DNA of 22,934 nt from Paraspadella gotoi (lineage: Eukaryota; Animalia; Chaetognatha), in NCBI GenBank assembly GCA_051294375.1, contig JBJCIZ010001617.1, positions 1-22,934 of the forward strand, in the 5' to 3' direction. Under the pieces are notes generated by a model. That model did no database searches, was not told the DNA's origin, and saw only the letters and a program-made list of their open reading frames with translations. A program made the position numbers and the translations under genes. Positions 1-8,511 of the stretch are shown here, one piece after another (position 1 is the stretch's first letter; the number at the start of each line of letters is the position of its first letter).

Positions 1-1106
1 GGCGCCTTTGTTGATCACAGAATTTCCCATGCCTGACTTTGACAACCAAAAAGAGTCTGGACAGATGAATACAAATTAAAAATAATCATAGGAAACTGAC
101 TTTGACACGGCGTCTGGAGTTTTGAAAGAAAAAATAGGTTAATGACAAAACAGTTTTATCGTCATAAGTTGTTAGTAGTTATTCATCAGCGTCACAAAAG
201 CAACAAAATTACATAACTAAAAAACACATAGATAATTGCTTCATACAAATGCTTAACAAACCAAAAACCATCACGTGCAACCCTGAATTTTTATTAAGTC
301 TCCTTACAGCCAAATGAAAAGTCTGTCCCTTCCGGCTCGAAAAAGTTTAATGACATCCAGGTTAATCTGTCATTGCGTTCCCTTCGGAAGTAATGACGCA
401 AAGATGTCCTCAACCTCTACTCGCCCCCCCTTCCACCTCCCCCCATTTTTCCTCGTATCCGTCCTTCTCCAACCCACCCGCCCTCATCCACCCAAAACTA
501 ATCGGGTTCCCGCCGAACGGAATCCAGACAGAAAGAGAAAAAGGAAAAAAGGCAAACATTTTTTTTTTCTGTTTTACGCCAGGTTTTTTATTCTTTTTAT
601 CTTAAATTTTTTGTTAATCTCGCCTATAAGTTCCAATGTTTAGGTTTCTGTTTGTTTGCGAATCTTTAATGACATGTTCTTTTTTTTTCCGACTCTATTC
701 TTTCGCTTTTTCTTGTTTTTTCTGTTTCTTATTTCTTAATCTTCGAGGTTTCTAGTTTGTTTTCTAGTCCTATTTCATATCATGTTTTTCGTTTTTCTGA
801 CCTCCCATGTTTTCTTCTTCAATTTCTTACTTCCCATTTTTTTACTTTCATACCTATATGTTTTTCTATCAAATCTTCATACTCGGTTTTTCTCTCCATG
901 TTTTTTTTTCTTCCTTTTTTTTTCGCGATCAAAAGTGTTTTTTAGCCTCTTTTTTTTTCCTTTTTTCTTCCTTAAATTGGAATAAAATGCTGGGGAGTTG
1001 TGTATTCGGAATTTTAAACATTTCGAGACGGGGAAACGGAAGGCTGGCGTTCGATTTCAAAAGACTGATTTTTTTTGTGTGTGATGAGATTTGAGAATAA
1101 TGATTG

Positions 1107-1677
1107 ACGAGACGAGAGAGATGAGGAGAGAGAGATAGAAGAGAATTGGAGGAAAGAGAGAGAGGGAGAGAGACGAGAGAGAGAGGAGGAAGAGAGAAGA
1201 GAGGGGGAGGAGAAAAGGAGATAGGGTTGAATTTTTTTGAAGTGAAGGAGAGACAGAGAGATGCTCCGTTTGAAACAGAGAGAGAATTAAATATTATTTG
1301 AATTTTCAAGATCTGTTGAGATTTCGTGGAAAAAAAAAAAGACTGGAGAGGAAAAAAAGTGCGAGTGGATAGAGAGAGAGGTGAGAGAGAGAGAAGAGAC
1401 GAGGGGAGAGGATGAGGAGATGGAGAGAGGAGGGAGTAAGAGAGAGAAGAGAAGGAGGAGAAGAGTGGGGGAGAAGGGTGAGAGAGGGAGGGAGAGGGAG
1501 AGAGAGAGGGGTCGGGGGTGAGAGGGCGGAGGGGAGGAGGGGTGGCGAGGGAGAGCGAGGAGGGGGGGGGGGTGGGGATGGGGGACGAGACGAGAGAAGA
1601 GAGAGAGTACGGGATGAGAGAGAGAGAAGAGAGAAAGAGAGATATGGATGGAGAGGAGAGAGACGAGAGAGAGAGAA
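1107..1677. repeat. Degenerate (GA)n / polypurine low-complexity tract
   Basis: Mostly A/G sequence with many GAGAGA runs and a G-rich core at ~1480-1585. Confidence 0.9.
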
Positions 1678-2209
1678 TTTAAAACAAAAAAAAACGAGGA
1701 AATTAAAAAATTTCAAGTGAAAAATCGAAATCGCTCACGGGTGAATTCTTTCTCATGGATTCCGACGCAAACCAAGAAGAACAAGAGAATCACGCAGCCG
1801 CAAAGTGGGCGGATGGCGCGAGGCTGTTGTTGTTGTTGTCATTCCTCGTCGTTGTGTTATTGCCGGGAAAGTTAAGGTTAAATTTATGTGTAAATCTTCG
1901 TGTCACTTATTTTATCTGTTGCAAACCGTGCGACAGCTTTCTAACGGTGTTATCATTGTTACTTTTAGATATCATGACTTTTTTTCTAGCGGATGTATGA
2001 TACTAATGAACCTTGAAACGTTAAATTTCGGTTTAATTTTTTTTTTTACAAATAATTATTTATTAAAATTTTCGGATTTTTTGTCGGATCTGGCTTATCA
2101 GCAGATCCCGACTCTATAAACTTCACTTTTTATAACTCACTTTTTCGGTTCCGTCGGTCCGCCCCCTCAATATTGCGGGCACACCTTATATCATGTCAGG
2201 AACATCGAA

Positions 2210-3333
2210 TTATGCATAAATTATGCAAAAAAATGATGTCCGTCCGTCGGTCTGTCCGTCCGTCGTCCGTCCGTCCGTCCGTCCCACCTTAGGCAAAAAA
2301 CAACCAATAACTCGTGATTGGATGGATGGATTAAATGAAATTTGCTGTGTGGATAGGTAAGTTGTGGATTTGAGCTGGATATTAAGTTTCGATGGAAATC
2401 GTCCGAGTGGGAAATGAGTTAAAATGGAAAAAACCAAAAAAAAAATATATTCACTATTGAACACCAATTGCTCATGACGTGGATGGGCTGATTGACCTGG
2501 AATTTGTATGTGGGTAGGAAAGTGTTGTGTGATTGAAACAGGAAATCAGTTTCGATTTGGAATAGTTTTGAGTGGAAATGAGTTTAAATGGGAAAAAACA
2601 AAAAAACACTGTTTTACTAAATTGATTCATGCTTCTTTTTTCCTTTTCCTTTTATATTAAATGTATCTCAGGATGTATTAATAAAATCAAATGATTAATC
2701 AGTTAATTAATCAATTAGTAAATAAATTTAATCAACATAATTAATTAATTAGTCAATCAATCCGTCCATCCGTCCCATCTAGCAAAAAGAATCCATATAA
2801 CTCGTGAGTTGGCTGGGTTGGATGCGAATTTAAATTTTTGTGTGTGGGGTAGGAAAGTGTGTGATAAAGCTGGATATAAAATTTCGATGGAATCGCTGGC
2901 CAGTGTGGAGTGGAAAATTAGTTTAATGGAAAAAACATAAGTCGAATTACTAAAATCTTTTTTACTTATTTTAACCAATAAATACTCCTATTAATCATAA
3001 TGGATGGATAGAATTGAGTTGAAAATTTTGATAGTGGCTGGGTAGGAAAACGTATGACGAAGCTTGCATATAAAGTTTTCAGTGGAAAACGTACCAGGAT
3101 AAATGAGTTTAAATGAAAAAAATATGAGTCACATTTACTTGAATTCTTTTTATTTATTTAACCCATGATAGATTTTGAGATTTGAAAATTTTTGTGAGCC
3201 GGTAGGAAAGTGATGTGAAGAAGCTAGATATTAAGTTTTGACGGAATGCAAGTTTGAAAAAATTATGCAAGTGAAAAAAATGATGCAGTTAAAAAAAATC
3301 TTAAAAGCCATAAGGATCGTCGCTATTGCATAA
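2210..3333 (+). mobile_element. Putative non-autonomous Helentron-associated (DINE-1/HINE-like) element
   Basis: (GTCC/GTCY)n microsatellite at 2237-2285 (short recurrence ~2760-2775), then about five diverged 150-180 bp units sharing GGTAGGAAA...TTTCGATGGAA...AAATGAGTTTAAATG. TTATGCAA (2221-2228) and its reverse complement TTGCATAA (3326-3333) could be subterminal inverted repeats. Family assignment is inferred from architecture only. Confidence 0.45.
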
Positions 3334-3334
3334 A

Positions 3335-3436
3335 AAGAGAGAGAGGACGAGAGAGAGAAAGACGAGAGTGAGAAGAGAGAGAGGAGAGGAGAGAGAAAAG
3401 AGGAGAGAGAGTGAAAGAGAGAGAGAGGAAGGAGAC
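3335..3436. repeat. Degenerate (GA)n microsatellite
   Basis: Directly visible GA runs. Confidence 0.85.
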
Positions 3437-3651
3437 ATAAAATTTAAAAAAATCTTAAAAGACTCAAGATCGAGCCAGAGCCCACTATCATAGAAAATTA
3501 ATGAAAAAAACCCGGGAAAAAAACGAATGAATCATGCGATAACGAAATTGTTGATGTACTAGATTGATTGGAATGGCTATACTAATTGATTGATGCTAAT
3601 AGTAAAATTTATTGATGTAATAGGAATGATTATTTATTCGATGATAATCAA

Positions 3652-3760
3652 TTATTGATGCGTGATGATAGTCATTCACTGCTGTGATGATAGTATCAGT
3701 GATGCGATGATTGTCATTCATTGATGCGTATGATTGTCATTCATTGATGCATGATTGCAT
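3652..3760. repeat. ~22-bp tandem minisatellite (GATGCGATGATTGTCATTCATT-like)
   Basis: Two near-identical units plus a partial third at 3701-3760, with more degenerate units upstream, possibly back to ~3545. Confidence 0.75.
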
Positions 3761-3802
3761 AGTCAATTAAAAAACAAACAAATGGCGTTATGTATGAGTG
3801 AA

Positions 3803-3832
3803 AGAGAGAGAGAGACAGAGACGAACGAGAGA

Positions 3833-3864
<32 letters not shown>

Positions 3865-4196
3865 TGAAAGAAAGGAGAGAGAAAGAGAGAGAGAAAGAAA
3901 GAAAGAGAATAAATCCACGAAAATCTCGGATGAAAATATGGGATTTGTATTGAAAAAAGGCGCGGATTAAATGGCAATAATAAAAAGTTTTTTAGAAGGA
4001 AAAAAATAATCAGAATTTTTCAAAAAACAAACGATCACGCAAAAAAGATCGGACAGATTAGGGACAGACACACTACAGAGAGACAGAGAGACAGAGAGAT
4101 GATAGAGGAAAAATAGAGAGAGAGAGAGAGACAGCCGCTGCAGAGAAAAGAGAAAGAGAAAGAGCAATATTAATAATTAAAAGAGAGAGAGAGAGA
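3803..4196. repeat. (GA)n/(GACA)n microsatellite patches
   Basis: GA-rich tracts at ~3803-3907 and ~4076-4196. Confidence 0.8.
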
Positions 4197-4244
4197 AGCT
4201 CTTACAGCCCCTTACTCGTTAATTAATCAGCAGTACTAAATGTC

Positions 4245-4310
4245 GCCGCACGTTAGCGTGAGCTATTCCTCTACCCAAAAGGACCCGGGTTCGCCGCCTG
4301 TTTGCGGGCA
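4245..4310 (+). pseudogene. tRNA-like sequence (pseudo-tRNA or SINE head)
   Basis: Folds by eye: GCCGCA/TGCGGGC acceptor-like stem, TAGC/GCTA D-like stem, TCCT/AGGA anticodon-like stem, CGGG-TTCGCCG-CCTG T-arm with B-box-like GGTTCG. Loops are non-canonical, so no isotype is assigned. Confidence 0.4.
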
Positions 4311-5270
4311 TCGTTTTACATTTAGTGAACCCACATTATATTCTAAAAAAGATTTTTTTTTGTAAAAAAAAAGAGAGAGGAGAAAGAAGAGAGATTCGGA
4401 GAGACGAAGAGAGAGAACGAGAGAGCAGAGAGAGAAAGAAGCTGGACAGACGCTGCAGAGCCGGAACTCGTTTTTAGAAGAAGACAAAGTGACGGAGAAA
4501 AAGAGGGAGAGAGAGACGCGACATATAATTAAAACGTTTTTGTTTTAGTAAAATAAAACATAAACAAATACCATATTGATATGAACATGAGAATTTCTAA
4601 AGATCTTGCATGGATTAGAAGCATATATTGAAAATTCCACTCCCTATGATATCACACTTTCAGGAAGCCATGAATTGCAAAAAAGCGAGAACCGAAAGCA
4701 AACCCGAAAAAAAAAATCTAGACAGGACGGGCTTTTGCCGCCTGGCTCGATAATAGAGGATATTTGTCTGTTTGTTTTGATAAAATTGTAAACAAGAACA
4801 TTTAAATAAACTGTCCTGACTCAATTTTAAGGATATCGATGATGACAAGCTGAATGAGTAAATTTATAATTAAATCTATAATTAAATTAATTAATTAAAT
4901 CTATTAATAATTAAATCTATTATATTAATTAATTAATCAATTAATTAATAATTATCGTCAGGCAGATCCGACCATTGTTTGCTCAAACTGTTAAATTATG
5001 TTCGTGACTAACGTGGAGAATAGTAAACAACAAAAACAACGAAGTGAAAACGTCCGAGGCCAACGTTTTCCGACGAAGTTCGTTATTTTAGATTAATACT
5101 AAAAAGCGGACAAAGAAATATTTTATTATCTATTTAAAGTGAGAGTTTCTTTTTCGGAAAACCTCATAAAAAACCGGCGTTGTTAAAAAATTGTTTGAAA
5201 AAAAAATGTTTATGTTGTTGAAGCGAGATCAAGAACTATTTTTACATTGAAAAGTAATTTCTTCTCAATG

Positions 5271-5274
<4 letters not shown>

Positions 5275-5323
<49 letters not shown>

Positions 5324-5344
5324 GAGAGAGAGAGAGTGAGAGAT

Positions 5345-5377
<33 letters not shown>
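5275..5377. repeat. (GA)n microsatellite
   Basis: Nearly perfect GA repeat of about 100 bp. Confidence 0.95.
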
Positions 5378-5662
5378 CGTAATTAATCACTGGAAAAATT
5401 GTCTCTTACTCCCTCTCCTATTCCGAGAAAAAGTTATGGAGAGAAAGACGAGAGAGTGAGAGAGACAGAGCAGATAGAGAGAGGAGAGACAGAGAAGAGA
5501 GGATACAGAGAGAGAGAAGAAGGAGGGGGTGAGGGCGGGAAGGAAACGGAAAGGAAAGAGTGACTTGAGTGTTCAGAGCCACAAATCTTATGACGACCTT
5601 TTTTGTAAAAAAACTTTTTTCACTCGACTTTTAAACACTTGAAAACTCAAAGTGAGAGAAAT

Positions 5663-5683
5663 AGAGAGAGAGACAGAGAGAGT

Positions 5684-5726
<43 letters not shown>
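5663..5726. repeat. (GA)n microsatellite
   Basis: Nearly perfect GA repeat. Confidence 0.95.
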
Positions 5727-5730
<4 letters not shown>

Positions 5731-6299
5731 TTAGGGAATCTAGGTAGGAAAATATTCAAGATGTGGATTAAAACGGATGACGGTTTGAGAAAGATGAGAA
5801 GGAAACTAGGGAGGACTTAAGCGAAAGACAAGTTAAAAAAAACATGGAGACGGAGGAAAAGAACATATGGATTTAGGAGAAAACAGAAGAAGAAAGAAAA
5901 AAAGATTTTGTCTAATCTATCGATCGCTGGTCTTTTTATTTGTCAAAAATGTTAATATTAATCATGGTAATGGTAAAGAATTCAGAGTTTTTTAACGAAT
6001 CGAACGAATTTAAAATGTAATTTTGCTTTACTTGTAGGTTTCCGGAGAAGTAAAAAAAATGTGTTAAGTAATATGACTTAACAAAACAAAAATCCAGCTG
6101 ATAACCAAAACGAGTCCAGGGGAGAGTTTTTAAGAGGTGAAAGTGGAAAGGAAAAAACCGCTAATGAAAAAAGACAGAAAACGGGGGAAAAAAAGAAAAA
6201 TGAACAGGGAAATAAATATAAAAAATCTGAAAAAATGAAACAATAGTTGAAAAAAAATATACGAACTTAAAAGAATAAAAAAAATACCACAAACAAAAA

Positions 6300-6301
<2 letters not shown>

Positions 6302-6345
<44 letters not shown>

Positions 6346-6385
6346 GAGAAGAGAGAGAGAGGATGACGAAGAGAGAAGAGAGAGA
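6302..6385. repeat. (GA)n microsatellite
   Basis: Perfect GA run of about 40 bp followed by degenerate repeats. Confidence 0.95.
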
Positions 6386-6717
6386 AAAGTGGGGCATCAA
6401 TCTTTGGGCATTAATCGCACGGTCGAACGATTGAGGAGGAAAGAAGGGCGAAAAAGGGGGAGACTGGGGGGTGGCGTGAGGAGGGTAGAGTTGGGGTTAT
6501 AAGCGATAATAAGGGGGATTTGAAGTGTGAGGGGGACCGAAGTAAGAAGGAAAGAATGAAAGAAGGAAAAAATTGTTTTTCAAATAATTGAACAAAAATC
6601 CTGGTTTTTCAGGATTGAGTTTTTTAAAAAAAAACTTTTGGGGGGAGAAGGCCCGGGGAAAATTTATAAAAAAAAAAAAAAATTTAACTTGTTAGCCACC
6701 TCGATCAAATTAATTTC

Positions 6718-6725
6718 TATATAAA
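6718..6725 (+). promoter_or_regulatory. Candidate LTR TATA box
   Basis: TATATAAA at LTR position ~28, present in the + strand LTR copies. Function inferred. Confidence 0.4.
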
Positions 6726-6731
6726 ATAATT

Positions 6732-6809
6732 CATCCGGTCTCGGGAGTTGAACACCGGATCAAAAGACTTGGGATGCCTTGACCGAGCTCGAACTGGGCC
6801 AAACCAGTC
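6732..6809 (-). ncRNA. tRNA-like module with Pol III A/B boxes, antisense in the LTR
   Basis: Minus strand reads TGGCCCAGTTCG (A box), GGTCAAGGC, then a GTTCAACTCC B-box/T-arm and a T-run. Same module at 13571-13645(-), 19406-19474(-), 20356-20422(-), 21910-21979(+), ~22858-22932(+). Confidence 0.55.
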
Positions 6810-7004
6810 AATAACTGCCAAAACTCAACTTCGAAATCCTTACTTAAACCTTTAATGGATGATCAAGAACTTTTGTCTTCTCCGCAAGGCATCACACCAA
6901 ATTCAACACAAGATGTCACTATGAATTATTATTTTGTTAATGATGACCTCCTTTTATTGAATTGTAAACTGATTCATTCAGTTCTGGCTTTTCTCTCCAA
7001 AAAG

Positions 7005-7010
7005 AATAAA
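7005..7010 (+). promoter_or_regulatory. Candidate LTR polyadenylation signal
   Basis: AATAAA at an equivalent position in most LTR copies (AAAAGAATAAACCTGATC). Function inferred. Confidence 0.4.
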
Positions 7011-7212
7011 CTGATTCTAACTTTATTCTTCAATGTTTTTAATTAAGTCTCAAACCAAAATGTACAATAATACATTATGATACTGAGAAATTAAACAGTC
7101 TAATTCATGTTAAGACCAACGTTAAGCCTCCCTGCCGCTGCTGGATCCTTAAGTGAATGTAATCACCAAGTCTTCACGATCTTAGAAGCCTTCAAACGTC
7201 ACCTTTGCCACA

Positions 7213-7230
7213 TGGTCAGCCCAACGCAGA
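7213..7230 (+). promoter_or_regulatory. Primer-binding site (PBS)
   Basis: TGGTCAGCCCAACGCAGA directly after the LTR. TGG is complementary to tRNA CCA. Identical in copy 2. Confidence 0.8.
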
Positions 7231-7400
7231 ATCAAAACCAACCTTCCAAACGGGGCAACGGATCAATCCAACCACCTCTGAGGTAAGATTGGATGGGAAT
7301 GAGGGATTAAGCGATAACATCCAATCCGCTAACACCCTTTCCTTCACTGCCCCAATCTCCCACGTCACCAACCGGGCCCACGACGCGAGGAGAAAAGCAA

Positions 7401-8480
7401 ATGACAGCCCAAGAACATCAATATCGCCTTCGCTCCTCTCAACGCGACTCCACCGACGCTCGAGCAGACGCAGCAACCCTCCAAGTCCCTTTAGGCTTCG
7501 GGCGCGGACATCGATCAAGATCGACGTCGCCAGTATTTGCTAACGCCGCTCCAACGTTCGACTTTCAAAGAATCGACGCCAGCAATTTCGAAAACGCCGA
7601 CATGGCGACTGGTGGCGCCACAGAAAGGGAGCTTCGCGGGGAAAACGAGGAGCTTCGCGCAGCTTTGGCCGCAGCGACTCGCGCCCTGGAGAGAGCTTCC
7701 AACAAGAAACCCGACCTTCCGGATTTCGACACTTCCAATATCGAGATCTGGATCAGGCGAGTCGAATCCGCCTATACTCGGGCAGGAATCGTCAGTCCCA
7801 GGAGCAAATTCGCCCATCTCGAATCAAAGATTGGCGTTAAGGTTGATCCGACCATCAACCAGTTTCTCTTCGGCGATGCAACGGAAGAAACGTGGAACCA
7901 GTTCCTCCAATACTTGAGAAAAGAATATGGATTATCTCGCCGACAACAAGCTGCTTTCCTTCTCGATCCTTTCGACTTCGACGGCGTTAAACCATCAAAA
8001 AAGCTAGCACAATTGGAAGAAAAAACTAAAACGCTTAATCTCGATGACGTTCGAAAAGAAAAAATTCTTCGAGACCTTCCAACCGAAATACGACGTCAAC
8101 TGGAGGATAAGGCCGAGGACTTATCAGCAAAAGATCTGTGCCAGCTGGCAGATCACCACTTCGATATTGAAGGAAATCTCAAGATTCGCCAGCAAAGCTC
8201 CCTCGTCAACAACATCGAAGAGAACCAGCGAGAGCGTCAACAATCGACATCGGATGAAGACGACGCCATCAACGCCCTCGGCAAATTCCAGAAGCGGAAC
8301 TACAATGGAAAAAAGAAGTCGAATCCAGCGAAAGAGAAAAGAAAGCCAAAGCTAATGACTATCTGCAGCAAACACGTACGATTCGGAGAGGACGCCTGGT
8401 CCTGTGAACCAGGCTGTGCTAAATACGAAGAGACTCAGAAACGGCGTGAGGGAAACGCCAAAGGGGGACGCCGGCGGTGA
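7401..8480 (+). CDS. gag: Gag protein, 359 aa
   Basis: ORF between PBS and pol. C-terminal CSKHVRFGEDAWSCEPGC = C-x2-H-x9-C-x3-C at 8364-8417. Possible alternative start ATG at 7602. Confidence 0.92.
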   Translation: MTAQEHQYRLRSSQRDSTDARADAATLQVPLGFGRGHRSRSTSPVFANAAPTFDFQRIDASNFENADMATGGATERELRGENEELRAALAAATRALERASNKKPDLPDFDTSNIEIWIRRVESAYTRAGIVSPRSKFAHLESKIGVKVDPTINQFLFGDATEETWNQFLQYLRKEYGLSRRQQAAFLLDPFDFDGVKPSKKLAQLEEKTKTLNLDDVRKEKILRDLPTEIRRQLEDKAEDLSAKDLCQLADHHFDIEGNLKIRQQSSLVNNIEENQRERQQSTSDEDDAINALGKFQKRNYNGKKKSNPAKEKRKPKLMTICSKHVRFGEDAWSCEPGCAKYEETQKRREGNAKGGRRR

Positions 8481-8511
8481 ACGCCGTTCCCCAACAGCAA
8501 ACACGTTCACC
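8450..8511 (+). promoter_or_regulatory. -1 programmed ribosomal frameshift signal (slippery heptamer plus pseudoknot)
   Basis: G GGA AAC at 8450-8456 in the gag frame. The pol (-1) frame opens right after TGA 8447-8449. 6-nt spacer, stem 1 8463-8470/8485-8492, stem 2 8476-8483/8504-8511. Confidence 0.85.

Larger units (their letters stand above)
6690..7212 (+). repeat. 5' LTR of copy 1
   Basis: Begins TGT(T)AGCCACCTCGATC, ends TTGCCACA, colinear with the other LTR copies, followed directly by the TGG PBS. Confidence 0.93.

Noticed and set aside
3652-3760. CRISPR-like array
   Set aside because: Units are adjacent with no unique spacers, no cas genes, eukaryotic context.
314-6400. Short ORFs rich in F/L/S or R/E/G
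   Set aside because: Translations of GA/TC microsatellites and T-runs, with no domain motifs.
6680-6689. Target-site duplication for copy 1
   Set aside because: The 3' LTR is truncated, so there is no right junction to compare.
6732-7230. LTR tRNA-like RNA acting as the element's own primer
   Set aside because: Its 3' end (GAGCGGATG) is not complementary to the PBS.
8477-8480. GTGA start/stop overlap as bacterial-type translational coupling
   Set aside because: The slippery heptamer and pseudoknot explain pol expression better in a eukaryotic element.
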